Source of the DNA: Squalus acanthias
Lineage: Eukaryota
NCBI GenBank assembly: GCA_030390025.1
Contig: JASTWF010000138.1
Location: forward strand, 558,001 to 622,000
Direction of reading: 5' to 3'
Length of the DNA stretch: 64,000 nt
The notes beneath the pieces are model-generated. The model saw only the letters and a list, made by a program, of their open reading frames with translations, was not told the DNA's origin and searched no databases. The position numbers and the translations under genes are program-made. Positions 49,377 to 59,699 of the stretch are shown here, piece after piece (positions within the stretch are counted from its first letter, which is position 1; every line of letters begins with the position of its first letter).

Positions 49377-51551
49377 TTTAGTAAAATCTGTGAAGCGAAA
49401 GGTTACATCCAAGTGTTGTGGCCAAGCAGTATCTCATTACCTGCTGTGCTATTGTGCAGACGCTCCGTGGTTGAGCTTTCTTCATAGTTACACTGTATCG
49501 TTACATTTCCTCCTTCATAAACTGCAGATGGTTATGCATATAGTTATTAAAATGATGGAGTCCTCTGTCAAAAGGAGTAGATGTCTTTTCTAAGTCTGAA
49601 AGCTGATGGCATTTTGAGGAGAGGATACAGGACTATGGAGGGAGTGGATAAGTTTGACTATATTTGGATTACTCCAGCAAAGGCCTGGCACAAACATGGT
49701 GGGCCGAATGGCCTCTTTCAGTTTAGAGGGGGAAATGACCTACTTCAGCGCTGCAAACTTCAGGTACTCCTAAGGTACAAAGCAGAAGCGGTGCCAGTCT
49801 GCACTTCCCTCCCTAAAACAAGAGCAGGTGTCGCACCGATTTGCTTTACTTCGCTGGATTCTCAAATTAGGAGCTGACCCTCGATTAGCCTTTATGATTA
49901 AAAATACGATTGCAATATTAGTAAGAGAGAATGTAGGTGAGGGAAAGCAATCAGTGAGACTCTATGGTTAGAAATGAGGAATAAAAGTGGAGTAAAACTG
50001 TAATTGGAGTTGTCTACAGGCCTCCTGACAGCAGCGATTAACTGGCTGAATGCATTAATTCAGAAATTAGTGAGGCTTGTAGCAAAAGCAGAATAGTTTT
50101 AATTGTATAACTTTAATATTCATATAGATTTGGAAGAGCAGAGTAGCTCAAGCCAGAAAGGTAGTGAATTTCTTGAGTGCTTTCAAGTTAGTTTTGTGGA
50201 GCAATACGTTATACAACCAACAAGAGGGTAGGCTATACTAGATTTAGTAAGGAGTAATGACCAGAATTAGTCAATAATCTAATAGTAAGAGAACATTCAT
50301 CCAACAGCGATCATAATATGATCGAATTCAATGTTACGTTTCAAAAGAATAACCGTAACACAGTTACTAAGATTCTAGATTTTGGTTAAGGCTAACACTG
50401 AATAACGATTGCAAAATGCTGCAGTCACTATTTGCATTTGAAAAAGAAGCACATTAGCGCCACCGTGCGTTTGGTATATGGCAGAATTAATTCCATTTCT
50501 TGTCCCTCTCCTCTCTCAGTCGGTGAAGAGTGGCGCCACATTCACTTTGATCCAAAAGATCTTCAGGTAACTATGCACACGAAGGTTAACATGTCACTCG
50601 GAAGTCCTTGTCCGATGTTATTTGTGAACCCCGGGCTTCTAATTGTGCCTAAATGTGGGAGCGCTGTCTGTGGCGGCTCTGAGAACTGTGAGTTTGGATG
50701 GATATTCTGGTATCCATCACGGTTACTTCTGGAGATTATGGAATATTTGAGCAGACCGTTTCCCCGAGAGAAAATGAGTGAGGTGTTGTCTGCAGTAGGG
50801 AAGCTCACACCTGGTCTGTAGAGGGATCCGGTCTGAGAACCCGAATGTCCTTCAACTAGTCAATTGCATGTATAATTCTAATTCTAATTTATACGGTTAA
50901 AGATTTAAATTATTCTAACCCAAGCTGTCACTTTTATTGAAGAAACACAGACTATTATTCGCTATCCTAACCACCAGGAGGCATCTTTTCTGTGTTATTG
51001 AAGAAGATGAATATGTATAAAGTCTATTATTTTAACTTGAACTGTTAACTGACAGAGCCGAATGATAATGTGAATTCACTATTCGCTAAGCGCAGTCATT
51101 AACCCGACTGCCACCAGCACAGACCTGGAGATGGAACTATGATCTTAACCTGCTGGGCCATCAAATCAATCATGGGAGCATTTTCCTAAACAGGAGCGAG
51201 GACACGGTATAAAACAAATCGGACCAAAATATGATACCAGGGATGAGGGACTTCGGTTATATGGAGAGACTGGGGGTGGCTGGAATTGTTCTCCTTAGAG
51301 AAGATCACGGGATGATTTAAAAAAGGTCATTCAATATTATAAGAGCATTCTTATAGAGTAAATAAAAAGAAAGGAAGAAAGAATTTGCATTTATACAGCG
51401 CCTTTCACAATCTCAGGAAGTCCCAAAGTTAACAACACATTCCATCATTAAAGTCAGGTTTAGACGGAGAGTCCGCCCACTGTGCCGGTTTTCTGTGTGG
51501 GGGGATGGTAGAAGCGGGGAATTCACAAACCTGACAAGACCTGGGACTGGT

Positions 51552-52125
51552 AGTTTTTGTACCAGTGTCAAGGGTTCATGTAACGCGGTGCTACATAGCC
51601 GCGCAGTAATACTTGGCGGAGTCAGACAGCTGGGTGTGTGTGATGTTCAAAGGGATCTTTTTGTTCATTCTGTCCTGTACGGCAGAAAACCGCTTTGTAA
51701 AGGCCGGTGCGTTCTCTTCATTCCCAGCAGTGTGTCTGACGAGCATATACTGCAGGCCTGTTCCCGAGTACTGTACATACCAGAATAGGTTAGCGGCTGT
51801 GTAGATGACGGGGTAGTTACAGGGCAACAGCACAGTATCTCCTTCACTCACTGTTGCTAGTGAAGGCCCCTGAGAAAGGTTATCCTGCCGGCTGGGTTCT
51901 GGAAACAGAGTAAGAGGAGGTTATCAATAGAACATTTAGATATAAAGAGTTTTTCTACTTTAGACCAAACACATAGTTGGACAACACACACAAACAGACA
52001 TTCATACGCAGACACATACACCCAAACAAGCACACAATCAAACACACATCTCCCCTCTGATTCAGCTGTTAACCGCACTGCCAATGTGAAACAGAATGGG
52101 AAGGTCCAAAGCTTTCGCGCCTCAT
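51552..52125 (-). pseudogene. TCR alpha/delta-type V (exon 51898-51591) with defective leader and variant heptamer
   Basis: EPSRQDNLSQGPSLATVSEGDTVLLPCNY...LFWYVQYSGTGLQYML...FTKRFS...TQLSDSAKYYCAAM-TAG, then CACCGCG-23-ACAAAAACT. The hydrophobic leader frame KLWTFPFCFTLAVRLT is out of frame with ATG 52125 and ends in AG|CT rather than GT. Confidence 0.8.
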
Positions 52126-52414
52126 TTAGCTGATCGCAGGCTGTGGACGGTACAATGGTCACAGTGTCTCGGAACAAGTGGGTTAATCAGCCTGGGTCCC
52201 GTTCCCGCGGGAATATGCATCTCCGTGAATCTGCCGTGTTTACAGTGACCGGCCATGTTGTGGCTATTTGGAATAATCTGCGGACACTCACTGACCGGGG
52301 GGCAAAACCCGAGGAACCGTACGTCAATATGGCAGTGTTGTCAACAGTGGAGACAATAAACATTAGAGGACAAATATAACTACCATTAATAAACAAATGA
52401 ACTATTACAATCTC

Positions 52415-54366
52415 ATGAAATACCGGGAAATTAATGGTGGGAAATATGGAGATGGCAAAAACACTGAATGAATATTTTGTATCAGTCTTTACAGTAGAAG
52501 ACACTAAGAATATCCCAACACTGGACAAACAGGGGGCTATAGGGGGAGAGGAGCTAAACACGATCAAAATCACTAAGGAAGTGGTACTCGGTAAAATAAT
52601 GGGACTCAAGGCGGATAAATCAAAAGGACCTGATGGCTTACATCCTAGAGTCTTGAAGGAAGTGGCGGTAGGGATTGTAGATGCATTGGTAATAATTTTT
52701 CAAAACTCCCTGGATTCCGCTAAGGTCCCGGCAGACTGGAAAACTGCTAATGTAACACCCTTATTTAAAAAGGGCAGTAGACAGAAGGCTGGTAACTATA
52801 GACCGGTTAGCCTAACATCTGTGGTAGGTAAAATTTTGGAGTCCATTATTAAGGAAACAGTAACAGGACATTTGGATAATCATAATTTAATAGGACAAAG
52901 TCAGCATGGTTTTACGAAGGGGAAGTCATGTTTGACAAATTTGCTGGAGTTCTTTGAGGAAGTAACATATAGAGTGGATAAAGGGGAACCAGTGGACGTA
53001 GTGTATTTAGACTTCCAAAAGGCATTTGACAAGGTGCCACACAAAAGATTATTGCTTAAGGTAAAAAATCACGGGATTGGGGGTAATATTCTGGCATGGA
53101 TAGAGGATTGGCTATCTAACAGAAAGCAAAGAGTTGGGATAAATGGTTCATTCTCAGACTGGCAATCAGTAACTAGTGGTGTTCCACAGGGGTCAGTGCT
53201 GGGTCCCCAACTCTTTACAATCTATATTAACGATTTGGAGGAAGGGACCAAGTGTAACATATCAAAATTTGCAGATGATACTAAGATGGGAGGGAAAGTA
53301 GTGAGTGAGGAGGACATAAAAAACCTGCAAGGGGACATAGACAGGCTAAGTAAGTGGGCAGAGATTTGGCAGATGGAATACAACACTGGAAAGTGTGAGG
53401 TGATGCACTTTGGCAGGAAAAATCCTAGAGCAATTTATTATCTTAATGGCAAGAAACTGGAGAGTACTGAAGTGCAAAGGGATCTGGGGGTCCTGGTGCA
53501 CGAAACTCAAAAGGTTAGTATGCAGGTGCAGCAAGTGATTAAGAAGGCAAATGGAATGTTGGCTTTCATTGCTAGGGGGATAGAATATAAAAATAGGGAG
53601 GTATTGCTTCAGTTGTACAAGGTATTGGTGAGACCGCACCTGGAATACTGCATACAGTTTTGGTGTCCTTACTTAAGGAAAGACATCCTTGCTCTCGAGG
53701 CAGTGCAAAAAAGGTTCACTCGGTTAATCCCGGGGATGAGGGGGTGGTCATATGAGGAGAGGTTGGGTAGATTGGGACTCTACTCATTGGAGTTCAGAAG
53801 AATGAGAGGCGATCTTATTGAAACATATAAGATTGTGAAGGGGTTGGATCGGGTGGATGCGGGGAGGATGTTCCCGATGACGGGTGAGACTAGAACTAGG
53901 GGACATAGTCTTAGAATAAGGGGCTGCTCTTTCAAAACTGAGATGAGGAGGAACTACTTCACTCAGAGGGTGGTAGGTCCATGGAATATGCTGCCACAAA
54001 AAGCTGTAGAAGCTACAACATTAATTAAATTTAAAACAGAAATAGACAGTTTCCTAGAAGTAAAGGGCATTAAGGGTTACGGGGAGCGGGCAGGAATTTG
54101 GACATGAGTCTAGGTTCGGATCGGTCATGGCCCTGTGGGTAGTGGAGCGGGCCCAGGGACTGTGTAGCCTGATTCTGCTCCTATTTTGTGTGTGCAATTC
54201 TGTTAGATGCAGGAGATGGTTCTGTGATAGATAGTAGATTGGCGGTTAGGATCAGATCAGCCATGATCTTATTGAATGGCGGAGCAGGCTCGAGGGGCCG
54301 ATTGGCCTACTCCTGCTCCTATTTCTTATGTTCTTATGTTCTTATGTTCTTATGTTCTTATGTTCT
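52415..54366 (+). mobile_element. Young CR1 LINE with an uninterrupted 557-aa RT ORF
   Basis: ORF 52434-54107; (TTCTTATG)5 tail. Confidence 0.95.
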
Positions 54367-54719
54367 ACCCGGTAGAACAGTTAAGAGGAAAAGTAGCGCT
54401 TTGACGGGTACTGTTATGGTCCATAACGCACACTGGGAATAATGAGCCGTGGTCATGTTTTATTCTGTGTGCAAGTACTACACTGTACGGAAGTACACGC
54501 TGCATATAAAAGAAGGTTACTATATTCAACTGCGGCATTTGCATTTACGTGGACATCAATACAGGATAAATGAGCAATATGCAAATCACGGCTGTCAGTT
54601 TTCTCTACTAGGCGTCTCCCAGAAACCGATAGGTTCGGTATTGGAAAGGGCGGGACAGCCAAACAAAGTGAAGAAACTAGAACCGCGAACACAATTCACA
54701 ACTATAGCCCAGCGCCAGC

Positions 54720-55575
54720 GTTGATGGACATAAATGGCCATTGTTATTTGAGGGACACCAATGACCATTGTTATTTGATGGACACCAATCACCATTGTTA
54801 TTTGATGGACACCAATGACCATTGTTATTTGATGGACACCAATGACCATTGTTATTTGATGGACACCAATGATCATTGTTATTTGATGGACACCAATGAT
54901 CATTGTTATTTGATGAACACCAATGATCATTGTTATTTGATGGACACCAATGATCATTGTTATTTGATGAACACCAATGATCATTGTTATTTGATGGACA
55001 CCAATGACCATTGTTATTTGATGGACACCAATGACCATTGTTATTTGATGGACACCAATGACCATTGTTATTTGATGGACACCAATAACCATTGTTATTT
55101 GATGGACACTAATCACCATTGTTATTTGATGGACACCAATGACCATTGTTATTTCATGGGCGCCAATGACCATTGATATTTGATGGACACCAATGACCAT
55201 TGTTATTTGATGGACACCAATGACCATTGTTATTTGATGGACACCAATGACCATAGTTGTTTGATGGACATCAATGACCATTGTTATTTGATGTGCGCCA
55301 ATGACCATTGTTATTTGATGGACACCAATCACCATTGTTATTTGATGGACACCAATGACCATTGTTATTTGATGGACACCAATGACCATTGTTATTTGAT
55401 GGACACCAATGACCATTGTTATTTGATGGACACCAATGACCATTGTTATTTGATGGACACCAATAACCATTGTTATTTGATGGACACCAATGACCATTGT
55501 TATTTGATGGACACGAATGACCACTGTTATTTGATGGACACCAATGAACATTGTTATTTGATGGGCACCAATGTC
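54720..55575. repeat. 27-bp minisatellite, about 31 copies
   Basis: Unit TTGATGGACACCAATGACCATTGTTAT. Confidence 0.97.
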
Positions 55576-56467
55576 CTTTTTATATATCTGTATCTTCATA
55601 CTGAGAACTTCAGTTGGGTCCCACATGTGCCTTTCTTCCTCTGCTTTAGCTGCTGATTCTATCTACAAAAGTTTCCGGCTCTTCCAGCCCCATTCGGTAC
55701 CTCAGCGAGACTCGATGGTGAGATTGGACCATGTAGCTGATCAAAGGCGAGTCCAAACTTCTCCTCACTCCTGATTCACACTTAGAGTGATAGTAAGATA
55801 GCGATCGGGAGCAGGATCTCCGGCTGATTGATCCCCGATCTAACGTGGAAATGGAGGGTTGACACCCACTGTAACCGCTCCATCGCTCACTCAGTACAGA
55901 CCGGCACCTTCTTCTAGAACTTTCCTGGCTGCATTTGGTAGCACCAGTTGGCACATTTACTCACTGATTCATGGGGTCTTTTTCTTTCTACAGTATGCTT
56001 TTTGTTCCCAGCTTTAAATACTTCTAATATTTTCGTAATGTAAAGTATCAAAGGTATTGTCAGTCACACTGATGCTTTTTGTATTATCGTTACTAAACAG
56101 GATCTTCGCCTATCTGAGCGCTGTTACTTCCCACAGTTTCATATTTATGTATCTTTACGCTGCATTTTGATTTACGCTATAACTTGTCTGTTCATCCAGC
56201 TATAATCTGATAGAACTGAACTGGAAACAGCCAACCCAGAACAGAGGTAAATGGAAAGGGAGTGTTCGTATAATCTGATAGAACTGAAGGGGAAACGGCC
56301 AACCCAGAGCACAGGGAAATGGACACGGAGCACCACAATAACTTAACTTGAGGAAATCTTTGCTGTACAAATATCACTGTTTCTATTTTAGTCAAGCATT
56401 GTTGCCATAATGTTAAATGGTAGGAAATGCAATGCAGCAAACTGTATCAATCTCATTACAGTAACAC

Positions 56468-56483
56468 GCTGCCATCTAGTGGC
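56468..56483 (-). promoter_or_regulatory. CTCF-type binding motif
   Basis: The - strand reads GCCACTAGATGGCAGC, matching the CCACYAGRKGGCR core. Confidence 0.55.
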
Positions 56484-56719
56484 TCGCAGCTGAAATTGAC
56501 GCAATATTCCGAATAATTGAGCAGCGGTATATAGGGAAGTGGACCTAAAATGGGATTAGCAGCAGTCCCGTGGAACCTTGGGGAAATTGAGAGCGTTGAT
56601 ACTAAGAACCGTGGGTACTTCAGAAAGTTGTGCTAGAAAAAAAGACATTTTCACAGGTAGCAGCTGGTTCCAATTAGAGTCCAGAGAACGGGCACACCCA
56701 AGTTTTACAAAAATACAAA

Positions 56720-56810
56720 GAGAAAGTGCTGGAAATACTCAGCAGGTGAGGCAGCATGTGTGGAGAGAGAATCAGAGTTATTGTTTCAGGTCGCTGACCT
56801 TTCGTCAGAA
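56720..56810 (-). mobile_element. Penelope-like terminal fragment with degenerate hammerhead motif
   Basis: - strand CTGACGA-A-AGGTC-AGC-GACCT-GAAAC-AATAAC (stem III degenerate). Confidence 0.55.
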
Positions 56811-57604
56811 GTTTTACACGGTTTAATGAAGGAATGTTGAGTGACCAAGATAGGAAGTATCTGGGATAATTAATGGAAAGCAGTGCTTTATATCTAATGT
56901 CTTGTTGCCTTAACTTTATGTGAGAAAAAGTCAAAGGAGTTTCACAGCTTATGAGCAAGGCTGGCTCAATATAAATTTTTGACGTATGATTAGCGATTGA
57001 CAAAATAGTATCTCACAATACAACGGATCACTTCCGTTGGGCAGATTTGGGTATAGACGAGAAAGGGGGATCGTTCTTTTAAAATTAATTTATATGATAT
57101 AGTATTTTTGACACCTAAAGCAGACAGGTTTTGAGGGAGAAAGAAGGTGACAGGTGCTCATAAATGTTTAAATATTTCTAGAGAAGTATTCAGAGGTTTA
57201 AAGAAAGGAACAGTTTGTGAATCGGAGTTTCTTAGTTAATACACTGTTAAGAGTGAGACTTAAAGTTTGAGTTGTCCAACCAGTTGCCGGTAATGTTTTA
57301 AGTGAACCATTGGGATTGTAATCAGTGACGTTTCTGAGAACAGACGGCAAGTTCGGTCTACCCGGGAGAAAGGAACTGGCGGGAGAAAGAAGAAATACTA
57401 CAGCTACAGACCAGGCCGAACTAGAGGTGACCACGAGTGACCAGAGGGAGGCGGGTCAGCCAGCTCTAGCACTGCGGACTCGGAAGGAGGATGTTCTATG
57501 AGATCACGCAGTCCTACTGTTAAAGTTACAAGCTTGGCAGCAATATGCTGAACTTTACACATATTTTGTAGATTTGTTAATCGAATTTATTACGAATACG
57601 AAGG

Positions 57605-59385
57605 ACGCGATTTCGCCAGCCAAGGCGAGCCCGGTGCAGCTGGAGTAGAAAGCGTCCGCAAAAACCACATCCGTCGTCATCCCACCTCTTCTAAGTGATT
57701 TTGCTCTGACTGAGCTTGTCAAACCCGCCCTGCGAGGTTCCCGGCCAATTAAAATGAAGCGGGTCTGATGACGTCATCTGTTGACGCATCATCAGCCGGT
57801 TTCCTCAAAGGGGTCATGCCCACAATTGAGAAAAAACAATTCTGCTCTCAGTGTTCTACAGCGCTGAGGTGCGGCAAATACTGACAAGCACTGCACAAAG
57901 GTGCACGGCTGCAACCAGGTTCCCTCCATATGCTTATGGAGGGAGTCACAGCACGCAAGCAGGTTCTCTACCCTTCCAATGGGTGGAAGAGTCCTCTCCA
58001 GGAGACCAACGCAGCCTGGTTTCACATTGCACTCAAGGGCATAAGCAGGAATGTCGTGAGGAGGACCAGGCTGCAGTGGCACAAACCTTTCAATGATCCC
58101 AGTAGATCACGAAACGTTACTGCCAAGCCACAGTCAACCTCATCATGCTGTGCCACTCATCACATCCCCATCACTCTGCCTTCCCTACCCTACTCCTGCA
58201 CATCGTTACTCACACAATCGTACCTTGCACCTCCACCCATCCCTCTCTATCTATTTTAACACTGCCCCATCTCACTAGCCACCCCTCACACTCACCCTCA
58301 ACGTGGTCCAATCATACCAACTAACAACACATAAGGGTAGGCACTGGGGTGTTTTAGTCAATGTTTGTGTAAACTTTCTGTTAACCTGTTGTCAAGCATT
58401 GAAACCCTTATTCTCACCACTTTGCCTTCTTGGACAGATTTGTGTGCACCTTTTAAAGTGTCTCTGTGAGTTGCAGTGAATGGTGAGACATGACGAACCC
58501 CCACCCCACCCCACAATGGTGATGAGTGTGAAAGGAATGACTTGGATATTGCAGGGATACTTTATGGTGCTGGTGTGGGGTGGTGCCAACCTGGTGCATC
58601 ATGTAGCAGCCAGGGTGCACAGTGTTAAATGAAGCAAATCTGGCCATGGTGAGTCCATCGCTGGCATCCCGGGCAACAATGTGGATGGGTGCTGATGCCC
58701 TGTGTCCTGTGCAGCATCAGGTGATTGCGGAGAAGGTTAGTTTTGTTGTTGGTGCTGCTGGTGTGCACGGTGATGCTGGTGTTGGGGCTGATCGTGTTGG
58801 GATTCTGAGGACCATGGTGAGATTTTTTCAAGGGCACCGATACTGATGAAATAGATGGCAGGTGAGGTTGAGATGACAGAAGTAATCTGTCAATGGTGAG
58901 AGAGCTTGTTCCAAGAAGGTGACAGTGGATAGAGAGTTTCCTCCAAACACTTCAAAAGTGCATAAAGCTGAAAAGTGGGTTCCAAATCATTAATGCTCCA
59001 GCTTCTAAGATTGGGAAGTGAACAACTGTGAAATGGAAGATTTTATACCACTTTTCTGCTTTCACCTATTCACAGCAATCGACATTCATTGAGAACCCGA
59101 CATAGTTACCTGACGTGACAGCCGCTCTCCAGGAACCTCGTTAAAATCCTGGTAAAATAGTAAGCACATGGGAAAATGGTGCTTAGCTACCTTTTAACAA
59201 GTTTTTAAGTATCTAAATTGGCTGACCGCTTGGTGTCGGGTCTGTTCAGGGATGACAGACGGACACTTGGAAAATTGGTAAGGAGGCGGGTTTACAGCGA
59301 GATACCGACCCGCTGTCAATCTTTGTGATTTTGACAGCGGCCCCGTCTGGAAACCCGCACTCTGAGCGCCGGTAAAATTCCGGCC
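57605..59385. mobile_element. Harbinger deletion derivative with Myb/SANT-like remnant
   Basis: ORF 57930-58259 ...VTARKQVLYPSNG...AWFHIA...VVRRTRLQWHKPFND (Myb/SANT-like); right terminus CGGTAAAATTCCGGCC; a terminal copy recurs inverted at 63109-63392. Confidence 0.65.
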
Positions 59386-59399
59386 GATATGGGTGAAGC

Positions 59400-59670
59400 C
59401 CGCGCCCCTTCGGGTTTATTAACCCGCTCCCTCCACCCATCTCTCACCTGCTGCCTCATCCACAGTCGGCACCGCCGCCCGCGCATGCTCAGCTCATACT
59501 GCTCGGGTGATTGACGGGAGCTGCGGACCAATAGGAAGAGCGGGGCGGGGCTGGAGGACCGAGCGGGCGGTTGGTCTTCCAACCAATCGGAGCGTCAGAG
59601 GGGCAGGGCTAGCTGCACCCATTGGGCGGGGCTGAGTCCGGAGCTCCCTCATTGGCTGAAACGCTGCATC
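59400..59670 (-). promoter_or_regulatory. CpG-rich promoter-like element
   Basis: CCAAT/ATTGG at 59528, 59583, 59621 and 59651; GC boxes (GGGGCGGGG 59542); GCGCATGC; - strand donor CAG|GTGAGA at 59447. Confidence 0.5.
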
Positions 59671-59699
59671 ATTTCGAAACCTGATTTATCTCCATTTCC

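Noticed and set aside
49071-49593. ORFs spanning the N run
   Set aside because: Artefacts of the assembly gap.
52142-52172. JH-like GTMVTVS on the + strand
   Set aside because: WGxG is out of frame, there is no upstream RSS or donor after it, and it overlaps the 5' region of a - strand V.
54595-55626. 343-aa ORF (VHQITMVIG)n and + strand (DTNDHCYLM)n ORFs
   Set aside because: A 27-bp unit that is a multiple of three and lacks stops; no splice or promoter support.
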